A DNA stretch of 64,000 bases from a virus (Duplodnaviria; Caudoviricetes), in the IMG/VR virus record IMGVR_UViG_3300032038_000035, positions 1 through 64,000 of that record, one strand, 5' to 3'. Below are positions 9,563 through 20,800 of the stretch, piece after piece; the first letter of the stretch is position 1; each line of letters begins with the position of its first letter. The notes under the pieces are model-generated. The model saw nothing but the letters and a program-made list of their open reading frames with translations, made no database searches and was not told the DNA's origin. Made by a program: the position numbers and the translations under genes.

Positions 9563-11797
9563 TTAGAACGATAGACCACTAATGAAGCCTTTAAAGTTTT
9601 CTTCTGTAGCGTGTACTGCATCGTATGCAATTTCTCCAACGCCACCGCCTTGTATTAATGTTGCAACTACAGATTGTACCCATCTACCAGCATTGGATGA
9701 AATAGCATCATCTTCAACAAACGAGTATGCTTTAGCAACTGCACCTCTACCTTTCCATCCTTCCCAGATTTCAAGTGCAAGATCATATTTGTCATTACGC
9801 GCATCAAATGCAGCTATAGTTGACATATATTCTTGTAATCCTTTATTACGCATTATCCATTTTAGTCCATCATCTTCAGATGACATAACTAGGTTAGTTA
9901 ATAATGGCGTAACTTCGAAACTTACTGTAATAAGTTCTGCAGTTCCATTATATGACCATAATGCTTGGTCATTACCGCCTCTTTGTACACTAAAACTAGA
10001 GATAACTCCCATTTCTACATTAAATAATCCTCTACAGAATGCTTTAACTAAGAATGGAAAAGTATACATTTCAAGTGACGATTTAACTTGATGCGGCAAT
10101 ACAAATGCTAATAAATGGAAATATGGTACAAGTGTATTTAAGTATAATGCTTCTTCATCACCGTATAAACCAACAAACGTACATTCACATTGAATAGATT
10201 TGCCATAACTTGATTCCGTAATAATCTTAGGAAATACCAGTTTAGCGCCACCGATCATTTCAGCAATGTTGAAAACGCCGTTTAATGGCTTTACTCCATT
10301 AAGTGTATTTCCGTTAAATATTTCATCAAGTTTATTTTTGGCATCATCTATAAATGTACCATTCGTCCAATATGCAGTTTCTTTTAATGCAGCATTTACA
10401 GTATTTGCCAAACTGCCGAGTGTTGATTCTTCAACTTGTGTTTCAAAATTATCATTTGCATTAGTTGATCCAGACAAATAGAAGTTGATATAGTCAAATC
10501 TATCGCTACCGCCCATATCTTTACCAGCAGTACCAATAATTTGACCACCGATATTTATATAACCAGATGCTTTATCGTATCTTTCCCAGTTGATTTCCGA
10601 ATATTTTGTACTGGTATTGGGAACCATCCTTTGCGATAAAGGCGCAGGCATAGCATCAAGTTGTATACCACTGCTATGATATACTATTCTCGTTTCGCTA
10701 ACATTTTCTTTTGCTCTGGATAAAAAGATAGCGGCTATATATAATAACGCATTTACATATGTTATATAACCGTAACTTGCACTGTCACTTAAGTTACTAC
10801 TACTAAAGCAGGGCTCTATTGTATAAAACTTACTATCACGTCCAGAAAATAAATCTATAAGATCCGATGGATCTGCTGATTCATTATAATTCTCTACAGC
10901 ATCAACGAAACCATCAGTGCCTAACCATTCAGAATATTTAATATATCCGGGGGCTAGCTCTATGATAGTAGGGTTGGAAATTATTACCGTTGTATATCTT
11001 CGACCTAAAGCCACATTTATTTTACTTCGATTAAAGTTCTGACGGTTTAATACAGCACTTGCAGCACCGAAAACATCTCCTAATACATCTTTCGCAGATG
11101 TTCCGGGAGAATCCAAAGTAAGCGTATATATTCTTGGATCTACGTATCGTGTCCATTGTGGCGGAGTTCCATATGATGCTATTATCTTATCATATGCAGA
11201 TCGTTTTGCCGGAGTTAATGGCGGTATATCATATGGTACCACTCTTTCATTTTCATTCGTGTTATATGCATCAATTCTAACAGCCAATTGAGGAGCAGTT
11301 ATATCAATTGTGGTTTGAGGAGTTTCAGTCTGTTGAGATTCAGTTGCATATGCATTACTGCGTGCAATGTCATCATTTGCTTCTGCAACTAGTAAGTTAA
11401 AATTTGTCGCATTATCAGCACCGGGATCAAATTGTAATGTTGGATGACTATTTAACCATGCATTAGAAGCTGTTCCCTGTCCATTGATTGCGGCATCTGC
11501 GGTATTTGGCGCAGCTATAAATGCATAATAATTCCCATATTTAATTAAAAACATATCTGTATCATTTTGATTTCTACCAACTATAGTAAATGATGTACCG
11601 GTTTTGAAATCTACTAATTGGTTAATTTGTTTACCATCTTTATATGAATATAATTGTACGGATGTATCTTGTGTTACAAATATATCGGATTTTGTTGATC
11701 CGACATACATATTATATGGTGCTTGATCCACTTCATATCCAAGCATATAAAATTTTTTAAGAATGGATTCTGGATCGACATTAGGAATAACTGGCAT
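9563..11797 (-). CDS. Virion structural protein (tail/baseplate associated)
   Basis: Late promoter at 11827; adjacent to the tape-measure gene. Confidence 0.5.
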   Translation of the reverse strand: MPVIPNVDPESILKKFYMLGYEVDQAPYNMYVGSTKSDIFVTQDTSVQLYSYKDGKQINQLVDFKTGTSFTIVGRNQNDTDMFLIKYGNYYAFIAAPNTADAAINGQGTASNAWLNSHPTLQFDPGADNATNFNLLVAEANDDIARSNAYATESQQTETPQTTIDITAPQLAVRIDAYNTNENERVVPYDIPPLTPAKRSAYDKIIASYGTPPQWTRYVDPRIYTLTLDSPGTSAKDVLGDVFGAASAVLNRQNFNRSKINVALGRRYTTVIISNPTIIELAPGYIKYSEWLGTDGFVDAVENYNESADPSDLIDLFSGRDSKFYTIEPCFSSSNLSDSASYGYITYVNALLYIAAIFLSRAKENVSETRIVYHSSGIQLDAMPAPLSQRMVPNTSTKYSEINWERYDKASGYINIGGQIIGTAGKDMGGSDRFDYINFYLSGSTNANDNFETQVEESTLGSLANTVNAALKETAYWTNGTFIDDAKNKLDEIFNGNTLNGVKPLNGVFNIAEMIGGAKLVFPKIITESSYGKSIQCECTFVGLYGDEEALYLNTLVPYFHLLAFVLPHQVKSSLEMYTFPFLVKAFCRGLFNVEMGVISSFSVQRGGNDQALWSYNGTAELITVSFEVTPLLTNLVMSSEDDGLKWIMRNKGLQEYMSTIAAFDARNDKYDLALEIWEGWKGRGAVAKAYSFVEDDAISSNAGRWVQSVVATLIQGGGVGEIAYDAVHATEENFKGFISGLSF

Positions 11798-11826
11798 ATT
11801 ATCACCTCATTTATTATGTAGTGAAA

Positions 11827-11840
11827 TTATACGTATGTCC
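11827..11840 (-). promoter_or_regulatory. Late-type promoter GGACA-N6-TAA
   Basis: GGACAtacgtaTAA. Confidence 0.7.
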
Positions 11841-11894
11841 GTAAGCACAAAAAAATTCAGCTACCATATTATTTGGTAGCTGAATTTCATCAAC

Positions 11895-14800
11895 TTATAG
11901 ATGATTATAGTTTAAATTGGTTCTTGTACGTTTAGCTAATTTTGAATGTAACTGGGCTAATCTATCTTTCTGTCCGATACTGGATTGACCTTTCGTTGCT
12001 GACATGGTTGGTGCTTGTGCAGTATTAGGCTCGCCATGACCGATGCTATTTGATTTAGCATTAGATGGACCAGCTTGTGTTACTTCTTTAGGATTAACAG
12101 CAGAATCTATAAGCTCTATGAGTTTATCAATTCTAGATGTTACAGGAGAAGAATCCATTACAACGTGCATAGGATTATCTGCATCGCCCATATATACGTC
12201 ATTCGTATATATGTTATCATTGTCACGCATATTGTATCCTGCATCGCCGTTACCAATAGATGTTGGTATTAGATTCATATTAGAAGGTATAGAATTAATG
12301 ATATGAGCGGGTAAAGGATAGTAAACTCCATTCCATGGATTTTTACCATTACCTTCACTTGTAATCATACTATACATTCCGTTTATTCTGTTTCTCCAGC
12401 CTTTTCCATATTTACCATAATTAGAGAAGCCTGATATTGTATTAAACATTCCTTGTCTAACCTGATCTAACTCATTGCTAGCACCGGGACTTGTAACTGC
12501 AGAATAGAATGAAGGAACTGTTGCAGGAGCAACTCCAGCGAACTCAGCACCAAGTATAATAGATCTCGGGTCTTTCATGCCTCTCTTATTATACTGAGCT
12601 GCAGCTCTACTTATGTAATCCCATGCATATTCGTTCATCATTGCATCTTGTGCAGTAATAAGTGCAGGTTTCATATCAGGATACTGTGCAATATATGCTT
12701 TAATATCACTAGGATTTAATGAATGGTTGCCAATACCTGCTGCTATTGTATTCATTATGTTTCTAGTAGTTTCTGATAAATTAGGACTCTTAGCTGCAGT
12801 AGTAAATACAGTTTTAGCATTTGCATTATAGAAACCACCGCGTCCTATAGTTACACCAGACTCACCAGATAACCAAATAGGATTAAAGTAAATTTTATCT
12901 ATATCTGCAGGATTCTTAACATCGCCACCAGTCTCAGCTTTGGTCATAAGATCCATGAGATAATGTAATGTATTGGCTTCATTCCCTGCTGAAGGTATAC
13001 CATTACCAGCACTTGTCTTTGCCCAGCTAGGTAATAATGAGTACTCATCTGTAGGCTGGCCAGATGATATTTGCATACCTTTAATTTTATTATACATTTC
13101 GCTCGCTATATTATCTATAACAGCGCCAGTACCACCACTTGAATACTTGGATGCATATTGATACATCTTTTCATCAGGATACTGTGAGATTGCTTTCTGT
13201 GCAACCAACCATGTATAAATATTAGCAATAGTTTGTGTTACATATTTCTTATAATTAACAGATGCCGCAATATCTATCAGTAACTGATTGTATCTGGAAT
13301 CGGTAGTTAATGCTGAATAATTACCAGGATTAATTGTATATTTGCTAAGACCATTTTTATTGAATTCTGAATTAACTTCTGTATTACTTGAATAAGCAGA
13401 ATATGCAGAATCGATTGAAGATTTAACAAACGCCGCATCTATAATAAGCTGAGGATTGGTTATTGCTGCAGATGTATTATCGGTATTTGATGAATATCCA
13501 CCAGTACCGCCACCGCTTATACCAGAACCAGCGTCGGAATACGAACCAGTAGATCTAGATGAAGAATACAATAAACTTTTATCGCCAGATATTATCGATC
13601 CGATAAGATTGAATCCGAAATCGGTAAGATCGGATACCAAGTTAGCTATCCATTCTGAAACAGATTTAGCACCCTTTGATCCACCGGCATTTATATTTTG
13701 TGTCATTCCGCTAGCGAATATATTTCCAGAATCATAATTTACAGCCATTGGTGTATACGCAGTGCCGGTTGTAGTACCACCAGATGCATAAGTAGAATTA
13801 CTATTTGAACTCATTCCTTCGCTATATGTTTTAGCTAATTCAGGATGCGCTGATGCCCATGCCGAATATGTATCATATTTGTTACCGTCTGGGAATGTCT
13901 TTAAGAATGCTTCGCTTGCAGCGTCATTTGAAGCTGCAGCAGTTTTCATAGCTTTAAACATGTCCTCGGGCTTCTGCTTTACAAAATTACGTGTAGCTGG
14001 TTTAACTGCGCTTTTACCAAATATAACAACTCTGCGTATATCTGGATATGATGCAGTTGAAACTGCATTCCTAAACGTTTCCATCGGAACCGTATATATC
14101 TGATTACTCTTACCGTTGTATTCTGCACCAGTATTTGGGTTATCAACTACAACAAATTCTTCGCCAGCACTATTCTTATACAATCCAGCCAGTAAAACTC
14201 CATGCTGACTATTACTTTTTGCTTCATCTGGATTTGCAGTTCTACTAATAATTGGCTTCATTTTAGCACTTGTGCCATTATTTGAGCTAAATACGATAGG
14301 ATTACCTGCACTAAGATTAGCGTATAATAGTCTAAAGAAATCTTCCATTGATCCATTATATTTAACGCCATCCGCGCCTAAGAAATCATAATTAGATTCA
14401 CGCCATGGCACTTCCATGCCAAATATTTCAACTAATCGCTTATATGCATTATCATAAATAACCTGATGTGCGGAATTATTTACTTCAGGATGTTGTCTGA
14501 GTAATGTTGTTGGTGAAAATGATTTAGCAATATCAGAGAATTTTGTACTTCCACTGAGTATAGAATTCAGATATGCATTTACAAATGAATTATATACACA
14601 TCCTTCTGGTAATGCTCCAGTATAACCAAATGCACCGCCATTTCTGTTAAATGTTACATTACCATCTATGAGCTCATCGTCCCATGTTGAATATGGAGAA
14701 TTCGCATCGCCAACATGACGTCCATAACCAATAGCAGGTCCTCTTCCTATAGACCAAGCATGTGTCATGCCTTTAGTGAGTCTATTCATAGGAATATGTC

Positions 14801-17800
14801 TAGCGCCTCTCTTTAAAGGATCGTCCACTATAGCATTTCCTCTAGAATCTACACCACGTACTGACATGATATGACCAGCTCTTGTATAAGGGCCATTCTT
14901 TCCAGCTATGACAACGTTATTGCCGTGTCTAACGGAATTACCAATTGCATTGCCGCTCTTAGATATAGCTCTAGAAGCTAACCCGAGTTTACGTGCGCCA
15001 TTAGTAAATAATCCAGCAGATGTTCCGCCTTGTGCATTATAGCCATTAGACTGTGAGAATCTCGCCATTTGACCAGGGTTTACTTTTCTACCAGTAAGGT
15101 TAGAGTAAACATTAGCCATTGCGGTAGGACCGCATCCACCAGATCCAATTGTAGAACCACGTCCACTCTTAAAGCTACCATATGCTTGTCTAGCCCATCT
15201 AGGATCATTTTGAGTGTACCCATATCCAACATTACCGTATGCATTCATATTAACTTCATCATCGCTAGATAATTCATCATATGATTTAGCAGGTACTGGA
15301 TTGAGTACTTTATCATCTGTATTAAATACTGAATCTACGAAATTTAAAGCATCTCCGCGAATTCCAGTTGCGCCGTAATGCCCATATTTCATTAATGCGT
15401 CGTATGCTTTAACAAGTGTATTATTTCTTTTAACTAAAATGCTTAAGCCTTGTTTTACACGTGATGCTTTACCTTGTGAAAAACGCTCAGCGTCTTCTTT
15501 AGATGCGTATTCTTTTATATACCATGATTTTGTATCACTAGAGTATCCAAGTTTAACATTTGTAAGGTTTTGTGCAACTTTCGTAAATGCTTCCCTATCA
15601 TATACATTAGCACCTAGGCTATATTTTTCGATATACGCATATTCATCACTGGTAAGATAATTCTTTACACCGGTCTTAATTGTTTCACTACTAGTTCTTT
15701 CTAAATCCCGTTCAATAGCATTACCAAAAGGTAAACTTGTAACATCATCTAAATTCTTGGCAGAAGCATATGCAGCACCAAATTTCGTGACGTTTGCATA
15801 GTATTCTGAAAGTTGCGCAATAAACATTGGCTGATTATTGACGATATCATTAAGATATTTGGATTTATTGTCGCTTGAAATTCCGGATGCATCAACGTCT
15901 TTACTAATTTGTGTTTTTATTTGTGCGAAATCTTTAGAATTCTGAATAACGCTATTATCCGTTTGTGTAGCTTCAAGTTGTTTTCCGGTCGGTGTGTTTT
16001 CGAATATAGCTCCACCAACATGTACCCATGCTTCATGTATACCTCTACCAATAGCATGAATCGTGGTTTCGCCATCTTGTGCACCAGAAACGGTTCTAAT
16101 TACATTTGTAATCACATCACCGATGCCGTTTATAAGTCCGCCTTTACCATCTTCGCCAAATATCAATGGCTTTATGGTTGTAGTGAGTGTATCAAAAATC
16201 GGTTGAAGCAATGGTGCAAGCTTATCTATGATTTTAAGTACTGCGGGACCAAATAACACAATTCCGCCCAGTAAAGCAAGCGCTCTAGCTGCCAGTTTTC
16301 CAGTATCTATAGTACCATCAGGCTTTAACGGAATTAATCCAGAGCCCATTACGGCACCAGATATTTTCTGTCCAACTCCGGCAAAGCTTTCACCGATCTT
16401 ATCTAAGAAACTCTTCTTTTCTTCATCGGATCCAGTCTTATCTCCGGTGAATACATTTAATAATCCGCCGAGTTTCTCTTTCATTGAACTAAAGATTCCT
16501 TTAATTCCGCCTTCTTTTCCGTCTTCATCACCACCAAATAAATTAAATAATTTATTCGGCTTTTTAACGTCTCTACCTGAAAGAACTCTTAACGAAGCAC
16601 TAATATCATTAAGCGCATTAGAATCAAGACCACCTGTACCTATATTACGTCTGAAACTGTTAGCAGATTCAGGATCTAATACGATTTCACCTTTATGTAA
16701 TTTATAAAGACCATCTACGTCTATATTAGTTGCACCAGATGCTTTTGCAGGAATGAGTTGGAATGCATTCGTAATAAGTTCGCCGCCGGCTGGAATATTG
16801 CTGCTAACTTCTGGTGCACCTATCTGTGTAAACAGATCAGAGTAATCCACAGCACCGGGTTTCATTACATCCTGTACATCTTCATACGCATCGCTTACTT
16901 TATCAATTAAACCCTTGGTTTCTTTTTCGGGATTAGCCAATGATTCTTTTAATTTATCCTTAAGCTCATCTGAAGTATGCTCTGCAGTAGAATAGTTTTC
17001 ACCATCAAATGCATTCGCGGCCATATCTTCATTCTGTTTATGATAAAGATCGCCGCTAGCAGGTTTCTTTTCAAAGAATGCTTTCTTAAGGCCTTCGTAT
17101 ATATCTTTTATGGTTTGACCCATAACAGGTACTACATTAAGCAATGTCTCTCTGAAATTCTGCTCTTGTATAATGCTTTGGGTATCGCCATTACGTAAGA
17201 ATGCAACCATTTCTTGTGCAGTCTTGCCATTGAGAGCTTGCTCATTTTTCTCAAAGCCACTTTGCATTATCATTGCACGAAGTTCCTCGGGATAATCCAT
17301 AGCAGCATCAAGAGAGCCAAATCTCTTTATAACAGCATTTTTTAATTTCTTAAGTTCTTTATCTGCTTCAGCTTGGATTTTATTCATCTTACCAGTATCA
17401 GTAATACCCATTGATGCAAACATCTCTGGTGTAAGCCGTGATGATAATGTAGATTTAAAATCCAATGACGATTTAGCTAAATTAAAGTCATCGATTGAGA
17501 GATTATTTAATTTCTTAAGTGCACTTTTACCACGGCCATGCTTTATCGCAAAATCAGTCAGTCCGTTATTGCGCTTAAATCTATACCATTTACGATCGCC
17601 AGCTGTTGCAGTAAGTTCTTTAAGACGCTCTTTTTCTTCAGGCTTTAGATCCTTTTTATTTTTCAGTTTTTTGTATTCAGCGTCTTCGTTAAAAACTCTC
17701 TGCGCCTCTTCATCATCTACAGCAGATCTGTGACCCATCGATACGCTATCTTGTATGTCATTTATAAAATCACGTTCATCTGGAGTTAATTCAGATGGAT

Positions 17801-20800
17801 CTTTTTTCATAAGTTCGAAATAGCGCTGCTGTTCTTCGGTAGTATAACCAAGATCAGAAAGCATTCCGCCTCTATCAATGTGTGAGCCATGCATCATTCT
17901 ACGGAAATAGAATTTGCTGTCATCTATACCAAGACGTTCTTTCACAGCATGTACACGGTTTCCAATGAATTCGCCTATAGGCTTCGTTATGTTCTTAACA
18001 CGTCCACCAATCGCTTTAAGACCAGTAGAGAATATGCCAAGCATACCAGTACCAAGTATCTGTTTGAATATCGCATTAGCTGTTCCAGCAGCAAGCACTG
18101 ATCCAGCTAATATTGGGTGACCAGTTATTGCTAAAGGTGTAGCAAGAATAGCACCCATTAATCCACGTAAAATACTTTGACCATATTCACCTGTAAGTGC
18201 TTTACCGATACTTGAAATACCTTCGCTCATTTTATCAAATACGGTCTTACCTTTTTCTTTAACTTTATCGGCTGCAGTTGCAGCAGATGCGCCAAAGCGT
18301 TTCAATGGATTTACTACATAATCATCTATCATTCCGCTTCGTCCAAGCAGATGCGGAAGTTTACCCTGAGCTTTATAATAATGCTCATTTATGTATCCAA
18401 GTCTATCCCAACGATTAGCAATATTAGAAGGAAGATCACTAAGATATCCGCCTTTACCAAATATGTGACGTGTTCTATTTAATTTCTTATACGTTTCATT
18501 CTCTTCAGCAAGTCTATTTTGCAATGACGTCCATCCGTTAACAACGCCGCTCTTTATATCAGTAAACTTATTTTTTACGTCATTCTTTATTTTCGGAAAC
18601 ATCTTTGTTATGTCATGATCAGGATTTATACCAATGAGGCTATCGTTGAAGATCAGTTCTTTGTATATTTCCTTAAGCTGCTTTGATCTAGCTTCGCGTC
18701 TTTCTTTTTTCTTATCAGCTCTATATTCTTTGCCGCCAATTATACTAGCAAATACATTAAATGGTACAGAAGCAGCTTTAAACATTAATTTCGATCCAAT
18801 TGTAACTGCATCTATTGCTATATCAGTAGCGCCTTCTGCAACTCTTCCAACAGTATTTTTCAAACTATTAAGGAATCTTGTTACAATTGTACCATCCTTA
18901 CCGGTAATAACTTGCTCTAAGAATTTAGCTATACCATTACCAACAGAATCTTCATTTGAATTAGTAATCCTCTTTAAGAAGCTTTTAAATCCGAGTTTCA
19001 GATTATTGGTAACGTCAGAAAATGCAGATTTGAAATTCGTCTTTATATCTTCGCCAGCTTCAATTAGTCTATTGGTAAATCCACCAAATACACCGCCGGA
19101 TACATATTTGCGTCCATTAGAATCGGTTTCAACTTTGCCAAATATATACTCTCTTGTCTCTTTATTTCCAAGAGTGAAGCCGCCCATTATACCAATTGCA
19201 GAGCCAAGTACACCGGATAATGTTAATCCAATAAGACCGCCTTTAACTGCACCGGGAATGCCCTGAACCAAGCTATCGACAGTTTTTACATATGACCATG
19301 TCTGATCATTTGACCATCCCTGTGACTCTGCATATGCAAATGCATTCTCTTTAGCTTTGGTTCTTAATTGATCCATTATGTTTTTGGTTTCAGTTGCATT
19401 TTCGCCAGTTGCATGGTAACTCTTAAGACCAGCTCCTTCAATTATATTACCGGCTTCGTCTCTGGTATATCCTGTATATTTTTTGCCATCTATATACATG
19501 AAACGTTTATATCTGATATCGTCCACAATTTGATTATATGCATCAGATAATAAACCACCATGACGTAAATCACCTTCACCTTTATCACCAAGTAATAAAT
19601 TCTTTGCTTTACCGGTTTTCTCAAAGCCTCTTTCCCTATTTTCGCGTTCTGTAGTACCAAGAGCCGTTTGAGTCATAATGCCTAAGTTTATAGACATTTC
19701 AGTTAATTTCTTAACGAGAATAGATGCAGGATCATCGTTCTCATCTATATCAATAAAGCATAATGACTCATCACTAGGCTTAAGAGCCATTGATTTAATT
19801 GTCTCGGGGCTATATCTATCAACGACACGATTTACCGCTTTAACGACTTCCATTTCATGTCCTTTAAAGCGCTCATCAGAATCGCCAATGGCTTTAAGGA
19901 GTTTCTGTTGCCATTCTTCTGACATGCTATTGTAACCGCCATTATTAAGCATAGTTACGATGTCATCACGAACTTCTTGTGATAATGACTTATCGAGGAT
20001 CATTTCACCTTCATGGACTCTAGCTATCTGATCTGCATTAATTCGTGTCGCACCAGTAGCGAAGAAACCAATAGTATTCGGCTGTTTATATTGAGTTGGC
20101 GCATATAATTTGTCTTCATCATCAACCCAGCCTAACGCTGATTGTATACGATGAAGAATGCCCTCATTTGTGCTCTGTTCTTGCTCCTCTTTGATTTCTT
20201 TTGGAGTCTTATATCTAAATTGTCTAAAGTCGGTGTCATCAACTTGATCGTATCCATTCTTGATATTTTCATTCCAGATCTCATTAAACTTGGGATCATC
20301 TTCTAAAACACCTTCGCCGAATTTATCAACTTTAATGCGCTTTCCCCAATTATCTTTAGATTTGGAATATATGTAATACTCTATCGGCTCGCCATCATCG
20401 TTATAACGAATTTGATATTTCATGCCACTGCGATAGTCATCTGCACGGTCACGAATTTCGCTGAAAAACATAGATGGAGAAAACTCTTTAAATTTATCTA
20501 TAACGGCTCTTATACCGGAATCCCTAAATTCTTGTGCAAGATCCGATGAATATTCAAGCATTGCATCAACTGCTGCACTAACTCTATAATTGGCAAAATT
20601 TTTGCTTGCTACATGTTTTGATTCAGCCAATGCCATTTTATTATTATATGAAGACTGCATTCCTTTGAAGCGTCTATCGGCGTCTTCTTTAAGTGCTCTA
20701 TATGCTGGGTCGTCTTCATCTTCTTTAACTTGGCCACTTCGTATGGCATCAGTTAATGCGGCATCAGCAAATGCTCTAAACATATCAGTTGTATTTCTTA

